Part shown: piece by piece, positions 1-31,705 of the stretch
How positions within the stretch are numbered: position 1 is the first letter of the stretch
How the letters are laid out: each line of letters begins with the position of its first letter
Source of the DNA: the human T2T-CHM13v2.0 reference genome, Homo sapiens
DNA: 64,000 nucleotides
Reading direction: 5' to 3' (one strand)
Assembly: GCF_009914755.1 (NCBI RefSeq)
Contig: NC_060935.1
The notes under the pieces: generated by a model
Seen by the model: the letters and a program-made list of their open reading frames with translations, nothing else
Database searches by the model: none
Told to the model about the DNA's origin: nothing
Program-made: the position numbers and the translations under genes

Positions 1-229
1 GAGCTCAAGATCAGCCTGGGCAACATGGTGAAACCCCATCTCTACAAAAAACTAAAAAAATCAGCTGGGCATGGTGGTGTGTGCCTATAGTCCCAACTAC
101 CAGGGAAGCTGAGGTGAGAGAATCACTTGAGCCCTGAGAGGTTGAGGCTACAATGAGCTGTGATTGTGCCACTGCACTCCAGCCTGTGCGACAGAGCGAG
201 ACCTTGTCTCAAAAAAAAAAAAAAAAAAA
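1..229 (+). mobile_element. Alu (5' part outside window)
   Basis: Alu consensus (agcctgggcaacatggtgaaacccc...cactgcactccagcctg) ending in A-tail at 211-229. Confidence 0.9.
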
Positions 230-469
230 CAGAGAGAGAGAGTGCCTGTTTCTCCACAACCTTGTCAACACAGTATGCCATCAAACTTTGGTTTTCTGCT
301 CATCTTACAGGTGGGGAAAAGGGCAGCTCAGTCCAGTTTTCATCTGCCATTGTTCTGAGATCTTTCCATGTTGACCTATTGAGATGTTAAATTACTAGGT
401 AATAATCCATTCTATGTGTACATCACACTGAATTCAGTCACATACTGATGGGCATTGGAAGGAATGGGG

Positions 470-810
470 TTCTTTTATGATCTTGACATTGCTGAAAGCC
501 ACAGGCCAGTTATTTGGTAGAATACTGCTCCATTTGGGTTTGTTTCCTCATGATTCACTGAGGTTACACATTTTGGGCACGAATACCCTACACAGTTATT
601 CCATGCATCGTAACAGGAGGCACGTGGTGAGGGGTTTGCCCATTCCTGGTGAGGTTAACTTTGATCTTTTGGTTGAGATCATGTCTCCCAGGTTTCTCCA
701 CTACACTTTCCCCTTTGTAAGTAATAAATATGTTGTAGGGAGAGACTGGGGACTATAGATACTCTATTCATCAGCACACTTCCACCTACATGTTCCACTG
801 TCTGATGGAC
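470..810 (-). mobile_element. Old L1 (L1MC-like) 3' fragment
   Basis: ttgacatt...caggccagttatttggtagaat...tttgggtttgtttcctcatgatt resembles an antisense L1MC 3' UTR; boundaries approximate. Confidence 0.5.
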
Positions 811-859
811 CTTTTTTAAAAAAGTAAAAACAAAACCGAAATGTGTCTTATTATGTTAC

Positions 860-1360
860 AGCTCTTTCACCAATCTTTCAATGCTTTCCAGTGGTATCAA
901 CTGTAAAAACTAAACTTCTTCAAATTAGCACAGAAGACCATGCCCCTCCTTTGAGCCCTCAAGCCAAATCTTCCCCACACCACCCCATAAATGAGCTCCA
1001 GTCACACTTCTCATGTTGGGGGTCTTTGCTCCAGCAACTCCTCTGCGTGCCTGAAATGTTTTTCATTAATCCTCTGCAGACTGACCTGTTGTGGCCACTT
1101 AGATGATAACCTACAATTCCCCCCTAAAATGACTTCTGACCACTCAGCCTAAAGAAGCCACCCAGCCAGCTGATTTCTCATCACATCATTCTGTGCCCTT
1201 GCGTGGATTTTTGTCTACTGTGTTTGTTGTCAGCCTTTCTCCTAACAAAACATACTCTCCCCAAAGCAGGGCTGTGTCTGTGTCATTTTATGCTATATCC
1301 CCAGAGTCTGGGTCAGTGCCTGGCACCGAGAATGTGCTCAGTAAGTTAAGGAATCGCTGC
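860..1360 (+). mobile_element. L2 LINE 3' fragment
   Basis: Degenerate L2 3' end motif (gcagggctgtgtctg...atccccag...cagtgcctggcac...gctcagtaag). Confidence 0.5.
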
Positions 1361-2550
1361 ATCCATTCTGTCAGTCAACAAGTCCTTCTGAGCATCCAGT
1401 TCACTGGCCCATGCTGGTCTCAGCCAACAGAAAGGGAATTGAGTTCCTTGCAAGGTCTGGTGGGGACAGACAGTTCTGAGAACCAGTGACTCTTAGAACA
1501 AGGAGATGAGGCTTTCACAGAGGGAAGCACAGAGTGTGGTGTTATTCTGCTGAAGCCCAAAGAGGTCAGGGAAGGCTTCCAAAGGAGTGTTTGCCAAGCA
1601 CAAAACAGCACGGGGAATGGCATTCCGTGGACAGGTCTCAGCAAGTGCAAAGGCTTAGAGGTAATAGAAGTGCGAGCAGAATTCCAGGGTGGCTGAGAGA
1701 GAAGTTATGTGGGGAGTGGGCAGCGGTTAAGGCCAAAGAAGAAACACTGGATCTGCATTCCTTAGGACGGTGCCCTGTGGGCCCCTCACAGAGCTTCTCT
1801 CCTGCAACTGCTAGGTGAAAGAAGGCAGGCTTAGAATCGGACTGAGATCAGTAGTTTCTGCAGCTGGGAAGATGAGTGAGGTGAGATTGCATGTGTGATA
1901 GGCTGGCACTCAGGGAAGACCTCAGGGTTCTCTCCTCCCCACTCTGAGGCCCCTCTCCTGCTTCCTGAAGCCCAGAGTCTCCACCTCTGTGAGCCAAACA
2001 CCTTCCTGTTATCTGCCTGGTCCTAGGGCAGCCTTCGGGTTGGGGTTAGAAGGAATGCCAATGGTTAACCTTGTGGTATTAAGCTTCCAGCTCAGGCAGA
2101 TACTCTCTGGACTGGTTCAAGCTGACTGCCTGACTGTCCCTCCCTGCTGGCCCTAGCACCCAGACTCCAGATAGGCGCACCACCTCATCCTTCAGAGCAG
2201 GGCTCTGAGACTCCACAAGTGGTGAGGACTTACCAGAGGAACTGAACTTGACCTCCAACCCAACCTTCCATTTGCTGGTATTATTCTGAAGCCCTCATGG
2301 CCTAGGGAACTGCCTCAGGTAGCAGGTCTCACTCCTGCAGTGGAGGGGCCATAAAGTTCAGTTCATGATCAGCCCCCAAGCCATGGGCAGTGGATGAGAG
2401 GGCAGGAGCTCCATCTAGAGGAGCTCCCGTGTTCAGGCGTTCCTAGACACCTGCCTGCCCTTCTCCCATCAGCACTGGGGTATAAAGAAGGAAAGAGGCC
2501 TGAGGGTTCCAGAGGCCTCTACCTGCTGAGGTCTTAAGAGGACTCAACCC

Positions 2551-3842
<1,292 letters not shown>

Positions 3843-4451
3843 TAATTGAAGACAAGAGTAGGATCCACAGAGCAGCCCAGGCTCCCCGCAGCGTGAGTGA
3901 ATGCACTGGTGGCTGGTGGAGCCATTGACAGCTCAGTTGTCTCCCTGACAGCTTTGGGAGGAAGGTGGGTAAGCTCTCCCTGATCTAAGATCTCCTGGTT
4001 TTAGGTTGACATTTCAGAGACTTCATTTTTTTTCTCTGATCCTCTCCATCCAGACCCTGCAAGGGCTATCTTTGCTGTGTTGGGTTTCTAGTGGGGGAGG
4101 TTGGGGGCAGTTCAGCCTGACTCATCCGGCCCATCAGGTTTGGTGAGGATGCTTGCCCTCTAGTGGCACTCGCAGGGACGTCTTTAAGTAAATGCTGTTA
4201 TGGGGAACCTAGGTTCTAAGGGGACAGACAGTCCCTGACCAGCTGCCATCAGGAAGTTACATGTTTCGGAATTATGAGAAAAAGTCTTGTGAATATTTGG
4301 GATCCTAGAAAAAGCTAACCTGGAACAATTAAAAGCTTTATATGCCAAAATGGAGATCTTTTGACAGAACGTTTGACATGCCTCAATTCGTTTATTAGTA
4401 GGCACAATGAGAACAGAGAGAGTTCTAGACCTCTGAGAAGCAATGGGAGGC

Positions 4452-4456
<5 letters not shown>

Positions 4457-4495
<39 letters not shown>

Positions 4496-4730
4496 CAGGG
4501 TCTCACTCTGTCACGGGGACTAGAGCGTTGTGTACAATCACGGCTCACTGCAGCCTCGACCTCCTGGGCTCAAGCCATCCTCCCACCTTTGCCACCCAAG
4601 TAGCTGGGACTACAGTCATGCACCGGCACACCCTGCTAATTTATTTTCAATTTTTAATTTTTTTGTAGAAACAGGGTTTTACCATGTTGCCCAGGCTCGT
4701 CTCAAATTCCTGGACTCAAGGAATCCTCCC
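4457..4730 (-). mobile_element. AluJ-like element with (TG)n microsatellite tail
   Basis: (TG)n at ~4457-4494 followed by diverged antisense Alu. Confidence 0.8.
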
Positions 4731-5061
4731 ATGGGAGACCATTTTTAAGTGGTATTATGAGAGTTCTAAACACAGGAATCTCAGATAACCTCCTTAAATG
4801 AGATTAATTCAAAACTGAAGGAGTCTAATTCAAAACTTGACCAGCACATTCAAAACTATCTGCCACTATTGAACAGGTAGCTGGAGATACTGCACAAAGC
4901 CTTCCAGCCCAACAAAGTCTCTGAATTCCCTGGCTCAAGTAGTAATAGATAATTTAATTGCCTTAGATTTTCTCTTAGCCAAACAGGGAAGAGTCTGTGT
5001 GGTGGTCCCTAAGATCTGTGGCACTTACATCAACATTTCAAGTGAAGTAGAAACTATACAG

Positions 5062-5870
5062 GGCTGGGCCCAGTGGCTCATGCCTGTAGTCCCAGCACTT
5101 TGGGAGGCTGGGGCCGGAGGATCGCTTGAACTCAGGAGTTTGAGACCAGCTTGAGCAACATGGGGAAACCCTGTCTCTACAAAAAGTACAAAAATTAACA
5201 GGACATGGTAGCACACACCTGTAGTCTCAGCTACTTGGGAGGCTGGGGCAGGAGGATTGCTTGAGCCTGGGAGGCGGAGGTTGCAGTGATCAGAGATCAT
5301 GCCATTGCACTTCAGCCTGGGAGAGAGAGAAAGACTCTGTCTCAAAAAATAAAAATAAAAAGAGAAAAGAAAGCTGGGCATGGTGGCACACACCTGTAAT
5401 CCCAGCTATTCAGGAGGCTGAGGCACAATAATTGCTTGAGCCTGGGAGGGGGAGGTTGCAGAGAGTGGAGATTTAAGATTACGCCACTGTATTCCAGCCT
5501 GGGTGCCAAGTGAGATTGTCTCAAAAAAGGAAAAGAAATTCATACAGAAATAATTTTCAGCCGGGCATGGTGGCTCACACCTGTAACCCCAGCACTTTGG
5601 GAGGCCAAGGGGGGCAGATCACCTGAGGTCAGGCTTTCGAGACCAGCCTGGCCAACATGGTGAAACTTTGTCTCCACTAAAAATACAAAAATTAGCCAGG
5701 TGTGGTGGTGGGCGCCTGTAATCAGGAGGCTGCATTCAGGAGGCTGAGGCAGGAGAATTGCTTGAACCCGGAGGCGGAGGTTGCAGTGAGCTGAGATTGT
5801 GCCACTGCACTCCAGCCTGGGCGACAGAGCGAGACTCCATCTCAAAAAGAAAAAAGAAAAAAAAAAAAGA
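5062..5870 (+). mobile_element. Tandem Alu cluster (full Alu, right monomer, full Alu) inside ERV env remnant
   Basis: Alu consensus at ~5062-5371, 5372-5538 and 5559-5870 with A-tails. Confidence 0.85.
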
Positions 5871-6357
5871 ATTTCCAAACAAGCTAAATGGTTACAAGAT
5901 GTATGAACTACTGATCCCATCAATTACCTATTTAGTTGGCTTTCTACCACACTGGGAAGTTCCTTTCAAGATGCCATTCAAGTCCTTGTTATAGTAATAG
6001 TCTCCATTAACCTTTTCTTCTTAACATTTAATTACCTATAATATGTATAACCAACTGCTGTAAGTCTGCTGCTAAAACCAGAATTATGCTGGCTCAATGC
6101 GTAGATCTTATAGACAAGTTAAATTGGTAGCCCTACCTTTTGGCCTTTATGTTGCTTGATAGACCTTAGGGGTTGAGGTCTGCCCACCTCTATTCCTGTC
6201 TGGCCAGAGTTCAATTGGCTATAAGTCTCTTGGCCACAAGGGTCCCACCAAAGGACTGGATGGACCTGGAGCAGGCAACCTCACCATCCTGGCAACAACA
6301 TGATACAAATTTTGCCATTGATGCTGCCTGTGGCTGATCTCAGCTAAAAAGAGGAAA

Positions 6358-9156
<2,799 letters not shown>

Positions 9157-10059
9157 CTTCTCAGGTTGTCACAAGATTCAGGTATGGCTCACTGTTGCAG
9201 GACATAAGCTGGGATCTCCTGGGAATTGGTCTGCTTGCAGGCCCTAGAGAGCCTTCCTTCTTGGTTGATTTTCCTCTAGAGATCCAACTGTCTTCTCAGG
9301 CTCCCCTGCCTGCCTCCTCCTTGGGTCCTTTCTTGTGGCATTGCCCAGATTACTGGGCCCCCATTTTCCCTACACTTACTGCCACTCATAGTCTGATGGT
9401 TCCCACATCTGCATCCAACCTGGACTCTTCCCCTGAGCTTTCCCCTCTACAACCACCTTCCCCGGGCCAAGGGCACACAGGCACCTCGACAAAACAGTGT
9501 TCTATGTTTCTTCCTGCCCAAACCTGCCCCTCCCTCTCCCTTTTCCCATCTGTGGTACCACCATGGGCTCAGAGAATAAAAAAAATGAAGGCTTCTGTCA
9601 TTGACTGGGGTGGAGATGGAGGGAAGAGTTAGCCCAGAATCACAGGTGCTGTAGAAAGGATACCTGAGTTGCCGGGAGAGGGGGTCCATGAGTTGGGGAT
9701 GGAAGGAGAGCTTGGCCCTTCAAACAATTGAAGATCTGATCAAAAGATTCAGAACATCTGTGATTTTGTGGCTGGTGATGGGTGACACCTGGGCTAATGG
9801 GGTTGGGGGAGTTGGTGGCTCTACAATTTATGGCCTTGGGAGATCCTTGCTCTCTATAGCTGACTGGGAGGTTGGAAGCCTGGGCTCTAGCCCTTGCCTT
9901 GATCCTCCGGATCTCATTTTCCTCATCTGCCTAACAGGACAGAGGGGTTGGAAACTGATGAGATTAGCTCAAAGGATCCTGGCAGCTCAGGCTGCAAGAT
10001 TTTTTTCAGACCTCAGTGTTTGGGAAAAAATTGGGTAGGTGGAGCTTAGGGACTGGCCT

Positions 10060-10300
10060 TAGGCCTGCACTGTTAATTCACCCCCTCCCACTACCCCATG
10101 GAGGCCTGGCTGGTGCTCACATACAATAATTAACTGCTGAGTGGCCTTCGCCCAATCCCAGGCTCCACTCCTGGGCTCCATTCCCACTCCCTGCCTGTCT
10201 CCTAGGCCACTAAACCACAGCTGTCCCCTGGAATAAGGCAAGGGGGAGTGTAGAGCAGAGCAGAAGCCTGAGCCAGACGGAGAGCCACCTCCTCTCCCAG
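10060..10300 (+). promoter_or_regulatory. FOLR1: FOLR1 upstream (P1) promoter and non-coding first exon ending at donor 10300/10301
   Basis: Strong donor CAG|GTATGT; exon sequence matches my recollection of FOLR1 5' UTR variants; HNF1-like site TACAATAATTAAC at 10122-10134; 5' start approximate. Confidence 0.6.
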
Positions 10301-11116
10301 GTATGTGACACTCCCCATCCCCCTTCAGAGGCCACACACCCTATGGCATTCCCACCATGTGTTAAGGATTTTCTGAACTGGAAGGGCCCTCTGTTTGCCT
10401 GAAGGCCAGAGAATCTTGAAGTGGAGACTGAGGCCCAGACCAGAGTGTGGCCTGCTCAAGGTTAAACGACAAGTTAGTGTTCATCCCCCTGAACTAGTAC
10501 CTGGGCTCTAGCCCTTCAGTCCAGAGCTGAGTTCTCAGCTCTTCTAGTCTGGGGCCCCAAGGTTGGGTGTGGGGGTCATGATTGTTGGTGGGGAGGGGTC
10601 ACAGCTGGACTAAGACCTGAAGGTGAGACTAGGCAGGTGGGAAAGGAGCTTGCAGAGTGATGCTGCTCAAAAGGACAGGAAGAGAGCCTGGCTTCAGAAG
10701 CAGCCACAGCAAGAGAGACTACTGACTGAACAGGTGGGCTCCACTGGGGGCTGGGGAAAGGATTTTCTCAGCCCCCATCCCCAGCACTGTGTGTTGGCCG
10801 CACCCATGAGAGCCTCAGCACTCTGAAGGTGCAGGGGGCAAAGGCCAAAAGAGCTCTGGCCTGAACTTGGGTGGTCCCTACTGTGTGACTTGGGGCATGG
10901 CCCTCATCTGTGCTGAAATGATTCCACAAAGATTAAACTGGCTATCATTTGTTGATTTCCCCCTTCTTACATTTAATCCTTGCAGGAGAAAGCTAAGCCT
11001 CAAGATAGTTTGCTTCTCTTTCCCCCAAGGCCAAGGAGAAGGTGGAGTGAGGGCTGGGGTCGGGACAGGTTGAACGGGAACCCTGTGCTCTAAACAGTTA
11101 GGGTTTGTTCCCGCAG

Positions 11117-11182
11117 GAACTGAACCCAAAGGATCACCTGGTATTCCCTGAGAGTACAGATTTCTCCGGCGTGGCCCTCAAG
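11117..11182 (+). other. FOLR1: FOLR1 alternative 66-nt non-coding 5' UTR exon
   Basis: Acceptor tttgttcccgcAG| and donor AAG|GTTAGT; no ATG; matches recalled FOLR1 5' UTR variant. Confidence 0.65.
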
Positions 11183-11904
11183 GTTAGTGAGTGAGCAGGT
11201 CCACAGGGGCATGATTGGATCCTGGAATGAATGAATCAACCATGAGAGAGTGAATGAACACTGGAATCAATAGAGTAGCAGAGTAATGGATTGTGGAGCA
11301 GGAAAGAGAGCTGCTGGGTGGGAATTCAATTCCAGGCTTATATGAGCCCTGCTGTGCAGTCGGCCTGGAGACAGCCCAGCTCAGGCCCTGCCTAGACCCC
11401 TGTCAAGGAGGCCCTGTCAAGAGGAGAGGAGGGGCAGCACGGGGGCAAGGCAAGCTTGTGAGCGGGAAAGGCATGTCCACTTTAGCGACTGGTATGTGGA
11501 AGATGAGTTAGAGGAGACAGATGGAGAGAAGTCATAGGAAATAAATTCTGAGCATTTTAGGAGGGCCCAGACACCTGGTGTCCAGTGGAGTGAAGGAAAC
11601 AGTCGCCTCCCAAAATTCAGTGTCTGAGGTCAAAGGATTGAAGTTCTGTGATGACCAAGGAGAAGCCAGCTCTGTGGTAGGGGGCACAGGAGCTCCCCAA
11701 GGCCCCAGGGCTGTCCAGCTGGCTGTCCCCTGCCAGCACCCATGTCCTGTGACCCCACCCCACCAAGATCCCATGGTTTCCGGGAAGGGCCTACTAAACT
11801 AGCTTGAGTGATGAGGCTAGAAAGGGGCTGGGACCAAGGTTTAAAAAGCAAAACAAACTAACAAAAACCACACTGCAGCCCCCCCAACTAAAACATTTTT
11901 ATAA

Positions 11905-12251
<347 letters not shown>

Positions 12252-12498
12252 TGAAAATTAATGTGAGTTTATGTATAGTTTTAATTTATCCCACTAGTGT
12301 AACTGTTTCACCCCAGAATATACACTTGATTATTGGGTATATGAAAATTATATTTTCTTTGAATCACCTTTGATGAAATCCTAAAAAATTTTAACCCTGA
12401 AACATTTGAATAAGGCATTGTGGACCTATGGCAAACTCCTGGCTATTTCTGCATTTTGCCCAAATCCATCCTTGAATTATATCACCTGAACCTCGTGA

Positions 12499-16718
<4,220 letters not shown>

Positions 16719-16822
16719 CCTCCTTTTACCTTCTGATACCTGGAAATCCCTGCCCTGTTCAGCCCCACAGCTCCCAACTATTTGGTTCCTGCTCCATGGT
16801 CGGGCCTCTGACAGCCACTTTG

Positions 16823-16828
16823 AATAAA
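16823..16828 (+). terminator. FOLR1: FOLR1 polyadenylation signal AATAAA
   Basis: AATAAA about 105 nt after the stop codon, with GT/T-rich sequence downstream. Confidence 0.85.
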
Positions 16829-17059
16829 CCAGACACCGCACATGTGTCTTGAGAATTATTTGGATATGAATGGGAACGTGACTGTTTTGTTTTCCAATTC
16901 CCATTGATTGAAACCAGTGAGACTGGGCCAATTCCTAGCTCTGACAGTTGCTATAAACTAGCCTGATACTTAACTATTTTTCTAACTTAGGAGACATTCG
17001 TAGCTCTCAATTTCATTTTTTACTATTGCTCCAATCTAGAGCCAAGCCCAGGAATTTTT

Positions 17060-20757
<3,698 letters not shown>

Positions 20758-20769
20758 ACTTCTTTTTTG

Positions 20770-23075
<2,306 letters not shown>

Positions 23076-23211
23076 AATTACTGAGGGGATGATTCTGAGT
23101 TTCTGCGAGGTGTGCACATGAGGGAAACTATTCTAACAAATTTGGCATGTGGCTTCATAAAAATCTATCATCTGAGACAAACTCCATTCCCAATCTAAAA
23201 GATTGGTTGGA

Positions 23212-25254
<2,043 letters not shown>

Positions 25255-25932
25255 TATCTAGAAGGAATGAGCCCCTCTTTTTGGTCTGACATCTTTCTCT
25301 ACTTTGTGGACATGATGGACAAGGCAGCTCATAATACTGATAAACTAATTTTAAAAATATGGAGCATGCCAATTATACCTAATTATTTTTAGCATCCCTC
25401 CTTGTATCCTTCTTTCCTTATGAGTGTTATGCTGTGTGGGAGTGAATTTTTGGTGTAATCCAGTAGCTGTCTGGGAAGTGTAAGATGATTTTGCTGTTAA
25501 AAAAGAAATGCCTTGATAGTTATATTATTCTGAATTAGGACCTGATCTTGGAGGACAACAGAAAAAAGTGTTCTCTGGGAAAGGCCTTCATCTTGGCTGT
25601 GTAAGAAAACTATATTTCACAACAACCTTGTCATTAGGAACTCTAACTTCTTTATAGGTGAAGAATCCTATTGTTTTATTTTATATCATGACCCAAGACT
25701 GTGACATGAGTCAGCACAACAGGAAAATTAAAAAAAAAAAAAAAAGAAAGAAAAATAACATGCTTTTTGAGAAGTGAAATTCACATTCAGTTTGGGTAAG
25801 AACCTAAACTCTGCTGTCAGGGAAAAACACACAGGAAATAAAAAATAACTTTTGTTTCTTCATGTTAAAAGTAGACTTATACTCAAATGTTATACTCAAA
25901 GATGATTTTTTATGAGCAGCCAATATTGTTTA

Positions 25933-26379
<447 letters not shown>

Positions 26380-26736
26380 CTAGAACTCTTAAAACTAACC
26401 AAAAATTTCAAAAATCTAAGGAATATTTGTGAGTGATGTCACCAACATGGTGGACTAGGAAGCTCCTGACCCTCTACCCATGAACATACCAAATAAATAT
26501 CCCTTTGCCTCTGACAGAAAGCCAGAGGGAATTCCTCTGAGAGCCAGCTGAGAGACTCCTACCCATCCAGCAATTAAGGAAACATCCACACCGAATAGAT
26601 AGGAAAAGCTGAGGCACACTCAGGCACAGACCTCACCCCAAGCACTGCACCATAAAAGTGGGAAAGAAATCCCAACACCCAGCTTCTCCCTGTGGAGAGA
26701 TGGCATTAAACCTCACATGTACTGCCCTAACTCTAA

Positions 26737-27006
<270 letters not shown>

Positions 27007-27497
27007 TAATTTTTGTATTTTTAGTAGAGACAGGGTTTCACCATGTTGGTCAGGCTGGTCTCGAACTCCTGACCTTGTGATCCGCCACGTTGGCCTTCCA
27101 AAGTGCTGGGATTACGGGTGTGAGCCACTGGGCCTGGCCAAAATGCAACGGTTTTATACTAGCACTTAAGTATTTCCAAGGGCTTAATTCCCCGCGATCA
27201 ATGCAGAGAGGGGACTTTAAAATGCACCTCCTGTTTCTCCCTGGAAGGGACACACTTTTCCAGTAGCTACTTGATGGTGTGGCTTCTAACTAATTTGCAC
27301 GGGGGAGTTAAAGGGTCAGACAAATATTAACCTGCAGCCAGCCTGAAAAGCAGACTGGCACTTCCCAACCGTTCTACCCTAGCTCACTCCAGCAATACCC
27401 CCACATACATGAATACCCCCTGGAAGGAGTTTGTCCACACATCAATTGCCCCAACTTTCATAGCTTCAACCCAAGGGACTGCATCCTAAACTTCCTA

Positions 27498-27791
<294 letters not shown>

Positions 27792-27927
27792 TCAGGAGGC
27801 TGAGGTGGGAGGATTGCTTGAGCCTGGGAAGCGAAGATTGCAGTGGGCCACCGTACTCCAGCTTGGGTGACACAGTGAGTCCCAAAAAAAAAGAAGAAAG
27901 AAAGAGAGGGAGAGAGAAAGAGAGAGA

Positions 27928-27975
27928 GGAAGGAAGGAAGGAAGGAAGGAAGGAAGGAAGGAAGGAAGGAAGGAA
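27928..27975 (+). repeat. (GGAA)12 microsatellite in an Alu tail
   Basis: Counted directly. Confidence 0.9.
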
Positions 27976-28159
27976 GGGAAGGAAGAAAGAGAAATGCATC
28001 GCCCATTAAAAAAAAAAAAAAAAATCCACGTGTGCTGGCTCAGGCCTGTAATCCCAGCACTATGGGAGGCTGAGGCGGGTGGATCACCTGAGGTCAGGAG
28101 TTTGAGACCAGGCTGGCCAACATGGTGAAACCTCGTCTCTACCAAAAATACAAAAATTA

Positions 28160-28381
<222 letters not shown>

Positions 28382-29739
28382 TCACTTGAGGCCTGGAGTT
28401 CAAGACCAGCCTGGGCAACATAGCAAGACCTCATCTCTCTCTATATATATAAAGCAGCTTCCTGTTTCTCTTTGGAAGGGGTTTTTGGCATGCATCGAGT
28501 GCCCCAACTTTTCAGTTACCTCCCAAAGGTCTCCATCCTAAACCTTTTAAGTCTGGGAGCAGAAGGGACTAGGCATATGTGAGTCTTTTTTTTTTTTTTG
28601 AGACAGAATCTTGCTCTGTCACCCAGGATGGAGTACAGTGGAGTACAGTGGTGCAATCTCAGCTCACTGCAACCTCTGCCTCCCAGGTTCAAGTGATTTT
28701 CCTGCCTTAGCCCCCACCCCAGTAGCTGGGATTACAGGCATTCACCACCATGTCCAGCTATTATTTTTGCATTTTTAGTAGAGACAGGGTTTCACCATGT
28801 TGGTCAGGCTGATCTCGAACTCCTGACTTCAAATGATCCATCTGCCTTGACCTCCCAAAGTGTTGGGATTACAGGCGTGAGCCACTGCACCCGGCCATAT
28901 GTGAGTCTTTCTAGATCACAGAACAAAGACGTAGTTTTAAATCGGTGCACAAACAGTTCCAGGGCTATGGTCCTTTGGAACAATTGAGAAAAGGGGAGGG
29001 AACATCTAGTTCCCATTTTCTCTCCAGAAGGGGCTTATAGTACACTTCCAGTGGCTACTTGATGACCTAACAGCTAACAAACTTGCACCACGGAGATCAT
29101 GGAGCAAACAAACAATAGCCCTATTACAGCTTTAGCAAGGGAACTTCATGAAACTTTCCTCTGGCTCACCCCATAAATAAATCCAGGTCTACTCATTCTT
29201 ACAGGAAGGAGCTTGGCCATGCACTGAGTGCCACTACTTCTATGGCTCCAACCCTGGGATCTGTCTCCTTAATGACCTAGCTCTTGAAGTTGATGGAGCT
29301 TTGCATTCCTGGGTGGGCTGAGACCACAGAAAATGAAGAGGTGAACATATAATAGGCACGCTTCCAACAGCTATTTCCCCAGGATCAGAAGGCACAACCT
29401 GAATGTTAGTAAAGGCATTTGCCACAGATTTTCTCCTCAGCTTAGTGCAGAGAGAATGGGAGATAAACACCTGTATTCAGGTTTACCACAAAGATAGAAG
29501 TAGCTGAAACACACACCCAACACTCCAACATTTCCAGCTACACCTACAGAGTCTGGCTCCTGCTTTACTGGTCTCAGAATACTGAAATGATATGACATAA
29601 ACTCCAGGGGGGCACCAAAAACAGAATAGAGGTCTGGACAAACACAAAGACTTGAGAGGTACCTTAAAATCTCTGGTCAGACAGATAGGTGAGAGCCTTC
29701 TCCTACACGAGGCCAGTCGGACAAGACTGAGAGCGATAG

Positions 29740-30118
29740 TGATATGCTCAGGCTTTGTGTCCCCAGCCAAATCTCATCTTGAAGTATAATCCTTGTAATT
29801 CCCACAAGTCAAGGGAGAGGCGAGGTGGAGGTAACTGAATCATGGGGGCAGTTTCCCCCATGCTGTTCTTGTGATAGTGAGTGAGTTCTCAGGAGATCTG
29901 ATGGTTTTGCAAGGGGCTCCTCCCCCTTTGCTCGGCACTTCTCCTTCCAGCTGCCTTGTGAAGAATGTGCCTTGCTTCCCCTTAGCCTTCAGCCATGATT
30001 CTAAGTTTCCTGAGGCCTACCCAGCCATGCTGACCTTTGAGTCAATTAAACCTCTTTCCTTTGTAAGTCACCCAGTCTTGGGAAGTTCTTTATAGCAGTG
30101 TGAAAATGGACTAATACA
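29740..30118 (+). mobile_element. THE1 (THE1D-like) MaLR solo LTR with 5-bp TSD GATAG
   Basis: TGATATG...gtgtccccagccaaatctcatcttgaa...tgtgaaaatggactaatACA; GATAG at 29735-29739 and 30119-30123. Confidence 0.9.
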
Positions 30119-31213
30119 GATAGTTATTTTATCTAATGTGCAGAAACCAACACAGAGAGTCAAGGAAAATGAAGAAATAGAGGAATATGTTCTAAATAGA
30201 AGAACAAGATGAATATCCAGAAACTGACCTGAGTGAAGTGGAGATATGTGATTTACCTGACAGAGAATTCAAAATAATGACCATGGAGATGCTTACTGAG
30301 GTCAGGGGAGCAATGTAAGAACAAACTGACAATTTCAATAAAGAGATAAGAAGTATTTAAAAAGTACCGAATAGAAATAATAGAGCTGAAGAATACTGTA
30401 ACTGAAATTAAAAATTCAATAGAGGGGTTCAATAGTAAACTAGATCAAGTAGGAAAAAAAATAGTGAATTTGAAGACAGGTTACTGGAAATTACAAAATC
30501 TGAGGACTAAAAAGGAAAAAATAATAAAAAAAGAGTGAGGATAATTTAAGAGACTTATGGAACACCATGAAGCATAACGACATAGACATTATCAGTATAT
30601 CAAAAGGAGAAAACAAAGAGAAAGGGCTAGAAAACATATTCAAAGAAATAATGGCAGAAAACTCCCCAAACCTGGGGAAAAAAATAGAAATCCAGATCCA
30701 CGAAGCCCAAAGGACATCAAATAAGATTAATCCAAAGAGACCCACACCGAGACACATCATAATCAAACTGTCAAAAGTTAAAGACAAAGAGAGAGTTTTG
30801 AAAGCAGAAAGGGAAAAGTGAAACATTACATGCAAGGAAACCCATAAGATTATCAGTGGGTTTTCAGCAGAAACCTTGCAAACCAGAAAGAAGTAGAATA
30901 ATATATTCAAAATCCTTATAGGAAAAATAAATTTTAACCAAGTACAATACCAAGGAACCCTGTCTTCCAAAAAGGGAGAATGATAAAGACTTCCTCAGAC
31001 TAACAAAAGCTGAGAGAATGTATCACCACTAGATCTGCCTTATGAGAAATGCTAAAGGGACTTATTTAAGCCAAAAGAAGAGGATGTTAATTAGTAACAT
31101 GAAAATATATGAAAGTGTGAAACTCACTGGTAAAAGTAAGTACGTTGTCAGGCCCGATGTGGTGGCTCACACCTGTAATCCCAGCACTTTAGGAGGCCGA
31201 GGCAGGTGGATCA

Positions 31214-31468
<255 letters not shown>

Positions 31469-31471
31469 CTA

Positions 31472-31705
<234 letters not shown>

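Larger units (their letters stand above)
3843..6357 (+). mobile_element. Internally deleted ERV1 internal region with env TM remnant and polypurine tract
   Basis: 4921-5061 translates [47 protein letters not shown] (immunosuppressive domain plus degenerate CX6CC); purine tract aaaaagaggaaa (6346-6357) directly precedes TGT of the second LTR. Confidence 0.8.

Noticed and set aside
1-2550. FOLR pseudogene exons upstream of FOLR1
   Set aside because: No folate-receptor-like coding motifs seen in this part of the window
4921-5061. Domesticated syncytin-like env gene
   Set aside because: Only about 47 codons, CX6CC motif broken, frameshift just upstream and Alu insertion just downstream
30491-30970. 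159-aa hydrophobic minus-strand ORF resembling a membrane protein
   Set aside because: Antisense of the A-rich L1 ORF1 remnant
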